Below are positions 16,070 through 25,242 of a stretch of DNA of 64,000 bases, piece after piece. How positions within the stretch are numbered: the stretch's first letter is position 1; every line of letters begins with the position of its first letter. The notes beneath the pieces were generated by a model that saw nothing but the letters and a program-made list of their open reading frames with translations, did no database searches and had not been told where the DNA came from. Origin of the DNA: Chloroflexota bacterium (GTDB lineage Bacteria > Chloroflexota > Anaerolineae > Aggregatilineales > UBA3940); the NCBI GenBank assembly GCA_010092885.1, contig JAADYX010000159.1, positions 27,554 through 91,553 of the forward strand. The letters are read 5' to 3'. The position numbers and the translations under genes were made by a program.

Positions 16070-18175
16070 GTGAGTCCAACCGACGAGATTAAGGCCCGTA
16101 TCGACATCGTCGACTATATTGGGGGCCTTGTTAAGCTCCAAAAGACCGGGAAAAACTACAAGGGTCTGTGCCCCTTCCACGGGGAGAAAACGCCGTCCTT
16201 TGTGGTCTTTCCGCATACCGGTACCTGGCGCTGTTTTGGATGCGGCCGTGGGGGAGACGTGTTCAACTTTGCCATGGAGTATGAGGGGTGGGACTTCCGT
16301 GCGGCGTTGAGCGCACTGGCCGATTATGCGGGTGTTGAACTGGCACCGCTTACACCCCAGCAGGAAGAACAGCAGCAGATCGACGAACATTTGCTCGCTC
16401 TGCTGCGCGAGGCCGCCGAATACTACAACCGGCTCATGCTCTATGAAGACCACACCGCCCACATCCGCGATTATCTCTTGCAGCAGCGGGGCCTGTCTTA
16501 CGATGCTGTGATGGACTTCCAGATCGGTTATGCGCCGGATGGGTGGCAGATCACCTCTGACTATCTGCTTGGCCTAGGCTATAACCGCGACGACCTAATC
16601 GAGGCGGGGCTGTTGGTCGTCAACGACCGGGGGCACAGCTATGATCGCTTCCGCAACCGGGTGATGATTCCCATCCGAAACCCCAAAGGCGAGGTCGTGG
16701 GGTTCGGAGCACGAGCACTCGAAAAGGACGCCAAACCCAAGTACCTCAACTCGCCGCAGAACCGCCTGTTTGACAAGAGCAGCCTGCTCTACGGCTTTTC
16801 GCTGGCCCGGCGTGCGATCCGCGAGACGGAGACTGCCGTTATCGTTGAGGGTTACATGGACGTGATACAGGCACACCAGGCGGGCTTCCGCAATGTGGTC
16901 GCACAGATGGGTACTGCACTCACAAGCGATCAGTTCCGGCTGCTGTCGCGCTATGCCACCCGCCTGATCCTGGCCCTTGATGCAGACGCCGCCGGTCAGA
17001 TGGCAACCGATCGCGGCCTTGAGACCATTGAAAAAGCATCACAGCAGGCCGCCGAAGAAGTAGCAGAACGCGGCGGCTGGGGCTTCGACAGCGCCGAACA
17101 CGAGCAGCATATCAGGCGCAGCCTGGAATTCGATCCCTCCGGCATGGTGCGCTATGAGAACGATCTCGGGTTTGATATCCGGGTGGTGGTCATGCCGGAA
17201 GGCAAGGACCCGGATGACATTATCCGTTCGGACCCCGACTGGTGGGACCAGCTGATCAACGGCGCGCTGCCCATCGTGACCTACGTCATGAACAAGGCTG
17301 TGGAAGGCCAGGATCTTAAGGATCCAAAGGTCAAGAGTGCCATTGTCGCCCGCCTGATGCCCTTGATCAACAACGTGGGCAATACGGTTGAGCGTGCGCA
17401 CTACCGGCAGCAGTTAGCGCGGCTGCTCAAAGTACCCGAGTCGGCACTGCTTAGCAAACCGTCGGAACAATCGCAGCAAAAGAAAAAACGGTCCCGCCAA
17501 CAGCAGAAGCAAGGCGAACCTTCAGACGTACTCCCCATAGAGGCGAACGACACAGCGGTTGAGGCCCTTCTTACCCCGACCGCATCGCGTGAGGCCTTTC
17601 TTATCGCTGCACTGATCAAAGAGCCCGCTGCCATCTACCGCGTGAACCGCATTATGGCGGAAACGATGAACTTCGACGATGTACTCTTCGGCGAGGACTA
17701 TCAAGCTGCCGTGCAGACTTTGGGCGACAGTCTGGCTGAGTATCTGGTGCCTGCTGACTTCAACCACCTCGACCATCAGGCTGTCTTCCTCGCCTGGGAA
17801 ATCGCGTTGGGCCAGGACGAGATCGACCACATCGAAGCCCTCAAAGAGCAGCTGGATCACACGCTGCGCCAGCAGGTGGATGCATGGCTGGCGCAGCCGC
17901 TGTATGCTCTGCGTGAGGGTATTCGCCCCTTGGATACAAGACTCAACCCCGAGCGGGTTTTTGAGGAAGTGGTGCAAGGCGCGCTTGAACTGCGGGATAG
18001 ACGGTTGAACACCTATTATCAGGAACTTGTAGCGATCTTGGAGGATATGGATAATGGAGGAAACAGTGCGGCACTCCTCGACCATCTGGTTACCATTAAA
18101 GCGATACGTACGGCACGCCAGAGGCTGCTGGAGGCGAATCACCTGTACAGACCTGCCGCGCGTTTGAGCGAGTGA
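16070..18175 (+). CDS. dnaG: DNA primase
   Basis: GTG start after GAGGA. Zinc finger [30 protein letters not shown]; Toprim block [11 protein letters not shown] and LALDADAAG. Confidence 0.92.
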   Translation: MSPTDEIKARIDIVDYIGGLVKLQKTGKNYKGLCPFHGEKTPSFVVFPHTGTWRCFGCGRGGDVFNFAMEYEGWDFRAALSALADYAGVELAPLTPQQEEQQQIDEHLLALLREAAEYYNRLMLYEDHTAHIRDYLLQQRGLSYDAVMDFQIGYAPDGWQITSDYLLGLGYNRDDLIEAGLLVVNDRGHSYDRFRNRVMIPIRNPKGEVVGFGARALEKDAKPKYLNSPQNRLFDKSSLLYGFSLARRAIRETETAVIVEGYMDVIQAHQAGFRNVVAQMGTALTSDQFRLLSRYATRLILALDADAAGQMATDRGLETIEKASQQAAEEVAERGGWGFDSAEHEQHIRRSLEFDPSGMVRYENDLGFDIRVVVMPEGKDPDDIIRSDPDWWDQLINGALPIVTYVMNKAVEGQDLKDPKVKSAIVARLMPLINNVGNTVERAHYRQQLARLLKVPESALLSKPSEQSQQKKKRSRQQQKQGEPSDVLPIEANDTAVEALLTPTASREAFLIAALIKEPAAIYRVNRIMAETMNFDDVLFGEDYQAAVQTLGDSLAEYLVPADFNHLDHQAVFLAWEIALGQDEIDHIEALKEQLDHTLRQQVDAWLAQPLYALREGIRPLDTRLNPERVFEEVVQGALELRDRRLNTYYQELVAILEDMDNGGNSAALLDHLVTIKAIRTARQRLLEANHLYRPAARLSE

Positions 18176-18179
18176 TGGT

Positions 18180-19826
18180 ATGGCTGAATCAACACCACCC
18201 CTTTCCAAAGAAGCACAAGCCTTATTGGACCAGGCTCAATCCGAAGGGCGCATTGCCGAATCGGAGATCCTGGAGATGTTCGACGATCTGGAGAGCGAGG
18301 CCGCTCAGTTCTTTCTGAGCCGGTTGAGCGATCTTCAGGTTGAGGTCGACTTCGAGGATGAGGAAGACACCACCTCAGTTGACGACGATGACACTGACAA
18401 TGACGATAGCAACGGCTCTGAGGACACGTGGTCCTCGCGGCAGATCGGGGTATCGGACACCGATCTTTCCAACGACCCGGTCCGCATGTACCTTAAAGAG
18501 ATCGGTCAGGTTCGGCTGCTCAGTGCTGACCATGAGATCTGGTTGGCTGCACAGCTTTCCGCCGTGGACCGTCTTAAGCAGCTGCGCCAAAGCGACGAGG
18601 TGGAAACAGCTGACCTGAGCACCCTATTCGCTGAACTGTATGCTCAATCATTGGGCGCATGGGATGAGTGCCTGTCGCTGCTGGCCAGCTTTGAAGTCGA
18701 TTCGCCCGATCTCACAGCGCTGTGTGATGAAGTACGTGGACTGCGCGTAGCGTGGTGGGAACAGGATCCATCATACACACGGCAGTATCTCAACCAGGAG
18801 AACTGGGGGCGCAACGAAACCTGGGAGCAGGTTGCGCAGCAGATCTTCACTGTATTCGAGATCCTCTATATTATGCCGCGTCCGCTGCAACAGACCCTGG
18901 AAAGCTATTTGCACGAATATCACACTCTGCCCACCCTTGATACGTTTACGGAGTGGATCAACACAACCGACCAACGCACTCTGGAAGATGAGCTGGCCGA
19001 TACGTTCTATCGGGCGGAAGAAGCGGCCAATGCTCTCACACGCGCCAATCTGCGCCTGGTGGTCAGTGTGGCAAAGAAATACATGGGCCGCGGCATCTCC
19101 TTCCTGGACCTGATCCAGGAAGGTAACATCGGGCTGCTGCGTGCAGTGGAGAAGTTCGACCACACCAAGGGTTATAAGTTCAGCACATATGCTACCTGGT
19201 GGATCCGGCAGGCGATCAGCCGGGCCATTGCCGACCAGTCCCGGACGATCCGCATACCGGTGCACATGGTTGAGACGATCAACCGCATGATGCGGATCCA
19301 GCGGCGGCTGACCCAGGAACTCGGGCGAGACCCCTCTATTGAGGAAATCGCGCTCGAGATGGACATGATCGATGAGAAAGATTCCGACACGATCCGGGAA
19401 GCGGTTGAAGCAGGCACCCGGCTCGATCCCAATCTACAGCGCAAGCTGCGCAGGGCTGTGGCCAAGGTGCGCCGGATCAAGCGGGTATCACAAGACCCCA
19501 TGTCACTCGATACGCCTATCGGCGAGGAGGACTCCAGCCTGTTGGGGGACTTCATCGAAGACGACAAGATGCCCGGTCCGGTCGAAAAGGCGGACAAACA
19601 GCTGCTGCGCGAGCAGGTTCGCCTGGTGCTGAGTGTCCTTAGCGATCGCGAGCGTGAGGTGCTCGAACTGCGCTTCGGGCTAAAAGACGGCAAAGACCAC
19701 ACGTTGGAGGAGGTTGGCAAGCACTTCGGTGTGACACGCGAGCGCATCCGGCAGATTGAGGCCAAGGCGCTTCGTAAACTGCGCCATCCAACCCGCAGCC
19801 GGCAGCTTCGCGACTATCTCTCCTGA
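18180..19826 (+). CDS. rpoD: Primary-type RNA polymerase sigma factor (long acidic N-terminal region)
   Basis: The dnaG-rpoD linkage is classical. [71 protein letters not shown]. Confidence 0.9.
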   Translation: MAESTPPLSKEAQALLDQAQSEGRIAESEILEMFDDLESEAAQFFLSRLSDLQVEVDFEDEEDTTSVDDDDTDNDDSNGSEDTWSSRQIGVSDTDLSNDPVRMYLKEIGQVRLLSADHEIWLAAQLSAVDRLKQLRQSDEVETADLSTLFAELYAQSLGAWDECLSLLASFEVDSPDLTALCDEVRGLRVAWWEQDPSYTRQYLNQENWGRNETWEQVAQQIFTVFEILYIMPRPLQQTLESYLHEYHTLPTLDTFTEWINTTDQRTLEDELADTFYRAEEAANALTRANLRLVVSVAKKYMGRGISFLDLIQEGNIGLLRAVEKFDHTKGYKFSTYATWWIRQAISRAIADQSRTIRIPVHMVETINRMMRIQRRLTQELGRDPSIEEIALEMDMIDEKDSDTIREAVEAGTRLDPNLQRKLRRAVAKVRRIKRVSQDPMSLDTPIGEEDSSLLGDFIEDDKMPGPVEKADKQLLREQVRLVLSVLSDREREVLELRFGLKDGKDHTLEEVGKHFGVTRERIRQIEAKALRKLRHPTRSRQLRDYLS

Positions 19827-19830
19827 GCGC

Positions 19831-20811
19831 CTAACGAATGTAAGGCATCTGCAAGAGCATGACCTCCAACGCTAACCGCTTGTTGGCGTTGGTGTGATTC
19901 AACAGGTGGATGGTTGCCCGTACGGCACGCAGTGCTTTGCGCACCTCTTCCACACCGAGCATGGCCCCCAACCGGTCAATGTCGTCTGTGCGATCCGCAT
20001 TGACGGGGGCCACATCCGCACCCTCAACGCGCAGCATGATATCACGCCACCACGCCTGCCAGATGTCGAGCATTTCCCCCAGCCCTTCGCTGCGATAGAT
20101 GCTTTCCGCATAAGAGAAACGATAAACGCGGTTAGCCCGCAGGACATCAATAATCTGCTGCTGCACAGCGATGCGGTTTTCGAGGACTGTGGGGTCGGTA
20201 GCGGCGCTAATGGCCCAGCCGGGACGCCCAGCAGCCAGATGCGCCAAGAGAGGGGCCTCCTGGGGGGAGGCATAGTCTCGCTCTACCAACGCCTCTTCGA
20301 TCACTCGGGCAGGCACCGGGCGCAGCGTGATCACCTGGCTGCGGGAGACAATCGTTGGACGCACGTTTCTGGCCGCATCGGCGGTAAGCAGCAGCCGTGC
20401 CCGGGAGGGTGGCTCTTCCAAAGTCTTGAGCAGCGCATCGGCGGCGTTGTCGGTCGCTTTTTGGAAGTCCTCAATGAGCACGATCTTGTATCGCCCCTCC
20501 AAAGGTTGGAGCGCGAGATCGTGCTGCATTTCGCGGATTGTCTCCGTTTTGATCGTACGTCCCTCCGCAGCGATTGTCGTTATATCGGGATGAATACCCC
20601 GCTCGATCATGACGCAGGCCCGGCAGGAGAAACACGGGTCCGGTGAAGTTGTATCCAGGCAGTTAAGCGCCTGTGCAGCGCGGATGGCCAGCGTAGCGCG
20701 CCCGATGCCCGGTGTGCCCGTGATCAGGTAAGCATGCCCGAAACGCCCGGTGGCAAGCCGCCCGCGCATCAGATAGACAGCCCATTCGTGACCTATCATG
20801 TCCCATTGCAT
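19831..20811 (-). CDS. holB: DNA polymerase III delta' subunit
   Basis: GHAYLITGTPGIGRATLA, zinc module CFSCRAC, KIVLIEDFQKAT, TLEEPP. Confidence 0.85.
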   Translation of the reverse strand: MQWDMIGHEWAVYLMRGRLATGRFGHAYLITGTPGIGRATLAIRAAQALNCLDTTSPDPCFSCRACVMIERGIHPDITTIAAEGRTIKTETIREMQHDLALQPLEGRYKIVLIEDFQKATDNAADALLKTLEEPPSRARLLLTADAARNVRPTIVSRSQVITLRPVPARVIEEALVERDYASPQEAPLLAHLAAGRPGWAISAATDPTVLENRIAVQQQIIDVLRANRVYRFSYAESIYRSEGLGEMLDIWQAWWRDIMLRVEGADVAPVNADRTDDIDRLGAMLGVEEVRKALRAVRATIHLLNHTNANKRLALEVMLLQMPYIR

Positions 20812-20897
20812 AGGGACTATTGTACCCTCCTCCTTAATTTGCTGAAACCGGTGCAGCCGCGCTACCTTGCAAATGAACGCTGTAAAGGAGTTGAAAT

Positions 20898-21890
20898 ATG
20901 AGTCAAGAATCTGGTAAAAAGCGGCTTCGGCCTGTACAGGCGATCGCGTTGGGCGTGTTTGTGGTGGTGGATATTGTACTGATCGCCTACCTTGTCATGC
21001 TGTTTGTTGGTAATCCGCCAGGTGAGCAGATCGCTGATGCGCCAACCCCTGAAGGGTTTGTCGCACCGGAGGATGCAGATGCAAGCATCAACTACTGCCT
21101 TTCGGAAACAGAGGCGATCTGTGGGGACCAATGCTGCAATGTAAACATCGAAAACACCGATACCTGTGCGCAAGACTGCCCTTGCTTTCCGAATGGTATA
21201 TGTGAACCTGGCGAAGGCGCATCATGCGCGGACTGTGTCACCGCTGATGAGAGCCCGGCCTCAGCATGTGGTGTTGCCTGCCCAACGGGGGATTGTCCAC
21301 CCGGCCTGACGTGTACAGAAGCCGGTATCTGTGACAGTGAAGAGCTCTGTGTGGACAGCAGCGATCCGCAGGCACCTGGTGACGATGGCGCTCCGCTGCT
21401 GCCGCCGTCGGAAAACCCACCGCCGGGAGATGATGGCAGCGAGCAGGACGGCTCAACGGATGATGGCTCGACAGATGACGGCTCAACTGGGGATGATGAC
21501 GGCACCTCCGGCGGCGGTACTGACGACACCGGCTCTGGCGACGACGGAGACACAACAGACGGTTCGGACGATGGCTCATCGACCGATGACGATGGCAGCC
21601 CTACCACAGGTGGTGGCGGCATTGACGATGGCAGCGGACCAGACGACGATGGTACCGATCAGGGCGGAACCGACGATGACGGTGGCGATGATGGCTCAGA
21701 CAATGGCGAACCGCCGTACGGATATGGCTCCTCGCTTGCCTGGGATGATCCATTTGTAGAAGCTGAAGAAGCTCGCAGCGAGAGGCGTGCCGGTGCACTG
21801 ACGGTGGTTTCCACGCTGCTGACGGCCAGTGCGCTCAGCCTGGGCGCATTTGTGCTGCTGCGCGACAATAATCCCGACAACCTGACCTGA
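20898..21890 (+). CDS. Hypothetical doubly anchored protein: N-terminal TM, Cys-rich module, long D/G/S/T acidic low-complexity tract, C-terminal TM
   Basis: AAGGAG SD. N-TM: AIALGVFVVVDIVLIAYLVMLFV. There are 16 Cys in about 90 aa (YCLSETEAICGDQCCN...ELCVD). Low complexity: DGSTDDGSTDDGSTGDDDGTSGGGTDDTGSGDDGD... C-TM: LTVVSTLLTASALSLGAFVLL. No family recognised. Confidence 0.6.
   Translation: MSQESGKKRLRPVQAIALGVFVVVDIVLIAYLVMLFVGNPPGEQIADAPTPEGFVAPEDADASINYCLSETEAICGDQCCNVNIENTDTCAQDCPCFPNGICEPGEGASCADCVTADESPASACGVACPTGDCPPGLTCTEAGICDSEELCVDSSDPQAPGDDGAPLLPPSENPPPGDDGSEQDGSTDDGSTDDGSTGDDDGTSGGGTDDTGSGDDGDTTDGSDDGSSTDDDGSPTTGGGGIDDGSGPDDDGTDQGGTDDDGGDDGSDNGEPPYGYGSSLAWDDPFVEAEEARSERRAGALTVVSTLLTASALSLGAFVLLRDNNPDNLT
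21447..21491 (+). repeat. In-frame 15-bp tandem repeat (3 copies, encoding DGSTD) inside the acidic tract
   Basis: GACGGCTCAACGGAT / GATGGCTCGACAGAT / GACGGCTCAACTGGG. This is a coding low-complexity repeat. Confidence 0.8.
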
Positions 21891-21911
21891 GCCTTCTACG
21901 CAGCAGTTCAC

Positions 21912-21942
21912 GCGCCGTGCCCTTATCACAAAGGCACGGCGC
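21912..21942. terminator. Hairpin between convergent genes (possible bidirectional terminator)
   Basis: GCGCCGTGCC (21912..21921), 11-nt loop, GGCACGGCGC (21933..21942). The stem is a perfect 10 bp. No clear U tract. Confidence 0.5.
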
Positions 21943-21950
21943 CATGGTGC

Positions 21951-22283
21951 TTAGGTGCGTGTGCGCAGCCCGATGAAACGACGCCCTTGCAGTTCTTCCA
22001 GTTTGGAGGGTGGATAGTCGTAGAACACCTCCTGGGCCCGTTTGCGCCAGGCACCCATAACCCATGCGGCGAGCATCGCACCACCCTGGTCTAACAGTGA
22101 TTGAAACCGGCTGCGCTGTTCGTCAGGCAGGGTGATCGCCGGTTGGCGCAGAATTTCATCGGGGATCTGGCCTTCGATGAAGGATATATTGTCGCGTTGG
22201 ATGCCTGCATCAAAGAGGGCGTGCATGGCATGCTTGGCCGTAGTGGGGTCCTCATAGTACAGAATGTATGTCTTTGCCTTCAT
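21951..22283 (-). CDS. Small hypothetical protein, N-terminus reminiscent of the YflT/general-stress-protein fold
   Basis: GGAGGTGA SD. MKAKTYILYYEDPTTAKHAMHALFDAGIQRDNISFIEG resembles the YflT-type pattern (from memory; weak). Confidence 0.45.
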   Translation of the reverse strand: MKAKTYILYYEDPTTAKHAMHALFDAGIQRDNISFIEGQIPDEILRQPAITLPDEQRSRFQSLLDQGGAMLAAWVMGAWRKRAQEVFYDYPPSKLEELQGRRFIGLRTRT

Positions 22284-22367
22284 AAGCCTGTCTCACCTCC
22301 GGCCACGAGTATAGCGCAAATGTTGCCCTGTGCTGAGTCGTTTTGGTTCAATTCTTTTCGTTATCCA

Positions 22368-22440
22368 GCCACCCTAGCTCAATCGGCAGAGCAAGCGCTT
22401 CGTAAGCGCTAGGTTATGGGTTCAAATCCCATGGGTGGCT
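22368..22440 (+). tRNA. tRNA-Thr (anticodon CGT)
   Basis: 73 nt, folded by hand. Acceptor GCCACCC/GGGTGGC; D arm GCTC-AATCGGCA-GAGC; anticodon stem AGCGC/GCGCT with loop TTCGTAA; variable AGGTT; T arm ATGGG-TTCAAAT-CCCAT; discriminator T. CCA is not encoded. Confidence 0.9.
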
Positions 22441-22446
22441 CAGTGG

Positions 22447-22481
22447 TGCCCCGCGTGACCGAGCAGCGGGGCATTTGCATT
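22447..22481 (+). terminator. Intrinsic terminator after tRNA-Thr
   Basis: TGCCCCGC (22447..22454), 11-nt loop, GCGGGGCA (22466..22473), then TTTGCATT. Confidence 0.6.
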
Positions 22482-22497
22482 GGTAGGGAGGGTAACC

Positions 22498-23127
22498 GTG
22501 CATCAAACAAACCCGATCACAATCGGGGTGGCGGGAGGCAGTGGCTCCGGCAAGACAACCGTCGCGATGGTTCTGTTGGAGCGCCTCGGGCACGACAGCA
22601 TTGCCTACCTACCACATGACTCCTATTATCACGATTTAGGCAGCCTTCCCCGCGACCAACGGGCCCGTATCAACTTCGATCATCCTGACTCGCTCGATAC
22701 GGCTCTACTCACCAAACACATTCGCAGGCTGCAGGCCGGGCACCCAATAGAGATGCCCGTCTATGACTTTGCGACCCATACCCGTACTGACAGTGTACAG
22801 ATCGTGCAGTCAAAGCGTGTCATTCTGGTGGAAGGCATTCTCATCTTTGCCGAGGAGACACTGCGTCCTCTGTTTGATATCCGCATTTTTGTTGACACAC
22901 CTGATGATGTCCGCCTGATACGGCGGCTGCGGCGCGATGTCCGCGAGCGCGGGCGCAGCTACGAGTCGGTCATCAATCAGTGGCTGGAAACCGTGCGCCC
23001 CATGCATCAGGAATTTGTGGAGCCAAGCCGCCGGTATGCACATGTCATCATTCCAGAAGGGGGCCTGAATGAGGTTGCAATGGACATGGTCATCGCCCGC
23101 GTGGAGAGCATGCAGGCCACCGAGTGA
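22498..23127 (+). CDS. udk: Uridine kinase
   Basis: Track ORF trimmed to GTG 22498, which follows GGGAGGG and lies downstream of the tRNA terminator. ITIGVAGGSGSGKTTVA (P-loop), HDSYYHD, NFDHPDSLD, VILVEGIL. Confidence 0.85.
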   Translation: MHQTNPITIGVAGGSGSGKTTVAMVLLERLGHDSIAYLPHDSYYHDLGSLPRDQRARINFDHPDSLDTALLTKHIRRLQAGHPIEMPVYDFATHTRTDSVQIVQSKRVILVEGILIFAEETLRPLFDIRIFVDTPDDVRLIRRLRRDVRERGRSYESVINQWLETVRPMHQEFVEPSRRYAHVIIPEGGLNEVAMDMVIARVESMQATE

Positions 23128-23663
23128 GAGAACGTCCGGCGTTTAGCTGGCAGCATGGTGCTGCGATCCTGTTGGCTGTGGGCATCACGGTGGCGATTTA
23201 CTTGCTGCGCGACAGCCTAACCCGGTTCAGCGAGTTAGCTTATGCGGGTGCCTTCCTTGCCATGATAGTCGGCAATGCGACTATTCTGCTGCCCGTCCCC
23301 GGCCTGATTGTGATCTTCGCCTTGGGTGGGACGCTCCAGCCGGTGTGGGTAGGGCTGGCGGGGGGGGCAGGAGCAGCCCTCGGTGAGATGACCGGCTACG
23401 CAGCCGGATTCGGTGGCAGCCCCATGATAGACAAGGAGTCGCCCCTTTATGAGTGGATGGCTCGTTTTGGTCTCGCGCTGGTGATCGTGCTGGCCATCAT
23501 CCCGAACCCCTTTTTTGACGCAGCCGGCGTCATCGCCGGGGCAATGCGGATCACCTGGTGGCAGTTCCTGCTGACCGCCTGGCTCGGCAAAACAATCCAG
23601 GCGCTGTTGGTAGCGCTGGCCGGTGCCTATTCTCTGCAATGGGTGGAGTCACTGCTCAGCTGA
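23124..23663 (+). CDS. Integral membrane protein, YqaA/DedA (VTT-domain)-like
   Basis: Its ATG overlaps the udk stop (ATGA). Multi-TM; YAGAFLAMIVGNATILLPVPGLIVIFALGG resembles the COG1238-type core. Family call is tentative. Confidence 0.45.
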   Translation: MRERPAFSWQHGAAILLAVGITVAIYLLRDSLTRFSELAYAGAFLAMIVGNATILLPVPGLIVIFALGGTLQPVWVGLAGGAGAALGEMTGYAAGFGGSPMIDKESPLYEWMARFGLALVIVLAIIPNPFFDAAGVIAGAMRITWWQFLLTAWLGKTIQALLVALAGAYSLQWVESLLS

Positions 23664-25133
23664 GAGGAACACTTCCCGGATAATATATGCCATGTCCGCG
23701 ATACTGGGCTGACGATCACCCTCGTCCGCACAGCGCGCCTTGACCAGCGCTCGAACCTGTTCACCGAGTTCGACGTGATCCGACCCGGGCAGGGCAAAGC
23801 CCATCACCGCTTCCGAGTCGCCTTTATGCAGACTGCCATGCACTCCACGCAAACCGTCCGCACCGAAGTACACACCTTCTGCAGCCCGTGCACACAGAAT
23901 CATGTCTCCGGTCATGTGGGATGCAGCCCACATGAGCCTGTTCATGGCATCCACGTATGGGAGGTCGGGATGGTCAGCCAACCATTCGTCCAGCGACTGT
24001 GTCTCCCCATCACTCAGATAGACGCGGAAGGGCGCACGCCAGCCATCGCGCTCGCAGTCACGCACAAGGATAAGCTCAAGCGTATCTTTGAGCTCCTCCC
24101 GGTATTTGCCCGTTGTGTTCATCGCATGGAAGGCATCGGCCACACGCAGCACATCATCTTCGTAGCGAGGAGGGACCGGCCAGTCTTCCTCACGGTGACG
24201 CAGATAAGCTAGTGCCAGCCCGCCGTTAAGGCCCATGACCGCATCAACCGCTGGATCCTCGCCGGGCAGGTCATGCAGATCCAGCCCAAGCGCATGGAAC
24301 AGCGGACTCAGTTCCATATCGAAGGGAAAGCCAAGCCGGATCGAATGAGCATCATCGCCGGGCGTTGCAAGATGCCCGTGGTCGGAGACCATCACAAATA
24401 GGGTGCTCCCCAGCGAACCGTGCTGTTCGAGCATCTCAAGCAGACGGCCCACCTGCGGATCGATATAGTCGCGCAGATAGCCGGCCTGCGCATCGGGGCC
24501 GTGAGCATGTGAATGGTGGTCCACCCCCATAAAATAGGCTGTTGTAATATCCGGCAGACCACCGAACTCGTCGAAGGCACCCGCCAGCCGGTCGAGCATC
24601 TTATCATCATAGGCCCCGTCGCCCATGCCGAAGATGCCTTTGCCCTTGGTGAAACGCGCAATGTCAACCAGATTGGGCATCAAGGCTTTGGTGGCGCCGC
24701 GTGTGATCATGTGGTGGGCAGCAATGCTCGTCTTGCCTTGCGCGCTCGCAGTCTCATACAGAGTCTCGATATCGCTGCTCAACACGCGATCCACCAGCCC
24801 TCCGGCAAAGACCTGAACCGCATCATCATAGGCCTTGGTATCGCCCACAGTGAAGCCGTAGTGGCGGGGATGGCCGTCATCGATCAGTGGGTTCCCGATC
24901 CGGTCGAAGCAGTCGTTGCCTGGGATCAGCGTGGCGGAAGGATGCTCACCGGTGAACAGGGCAGCCTGTGCTGCAAAAGTGATGCTCGGTGCAGTGCTTA
25001 ACACAGGGAGGTGTACACCATTGGAAAAAAGGCGGGAGAGGTTGGGAAGCTTCCCCAGCATGTGCTCATAGACATCGCGGCGCAGCCCATCTATATCGAG
25101 GATGACAATGCGTTCGGGCCTATCCATATCCAT
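23649..25133 (-). CDS. Alkaline-phosphatase superfamily protein (nucleotide pyrophosphatase/phosphodiesterase-like)
   Basis: IVILDIDGLRRDVY (metal-binding Asp), APSITFAAQAALFTG (Thr nucleophile context), VSDHGH. The 3' end overlaps the upstream membrane gene by 15 bp (convergent). Confidence 0.7.
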   Translation of the reverse strand: MDMDRPERIVILDIDGLRRDVYEHMLGKLPNLSRLFSNGVHLPVLSTAPSITFAAQAALFTGEHPSATLIPGNDCFDRIGNPLIDDGHPRHYGFTVGDTKAYDDAVQVFAGGLVDRVLSSDIETLYETASAQGKTSIAAHHMITRGATKALMPNLVDIARFTKGKGIFGMGDGAYDDKMLDRLAGAFDEFGGLPDITTAYFMGVDHHSHAHGPDAQAGYLRDYIDPQVGRLLEMLEQHGSLGSTLFVMVSDHGHLATPGDDAHSIRLGFPFDMELSPLFHALGLDLHDLPGEDPAVDAVMGLNGGLALAYLRHREEDWPVPPRYEDDVLRVADAFHAMNTTGKYREELKDTLELILVRDCERDGWRAPFRVYLSDGETQSLDEWLADHPDLPYVDAMNRLMWAASHMTGDMILCARAAEGVYFGADGLRGVHGSLHKGDSEAVMGFALPGSDHVELGEQVRALVKARCADEGDRQPSIADMAYIIREVFLSAEQ

Positions 25134-25242
25134 CCTTTCAGGCAGGATCCTCCCAAAAGATAGCGATTGATAGCCGCTTGGGGCAAATTGGTATGCATTG
25201 GTTCTATGTATGGACCTATGGCCGCGGTATGATCAGGGTAAG

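Noticed and set aside
21400-21720. Periodic DNA repeats in the acidic tract of the 20898..21890 gene, considered as CRISPR, VNTR or a non-coding repeat
   Set aside because: The repeats are 15 bp, in frame, contiguous without spacers, and encode DGSTD-type low complexity inside a continuous ORF. This is not a CRISPR array.
21891-22497. tRNA-Thr as a possible integration hotspot or genomic-island boundary
   Set aside because: No integrase, direct repeat of the tRNA 3' end, or phage/transposon gene was seen on either side. The flanking genes are a small stress-like protein and udk.
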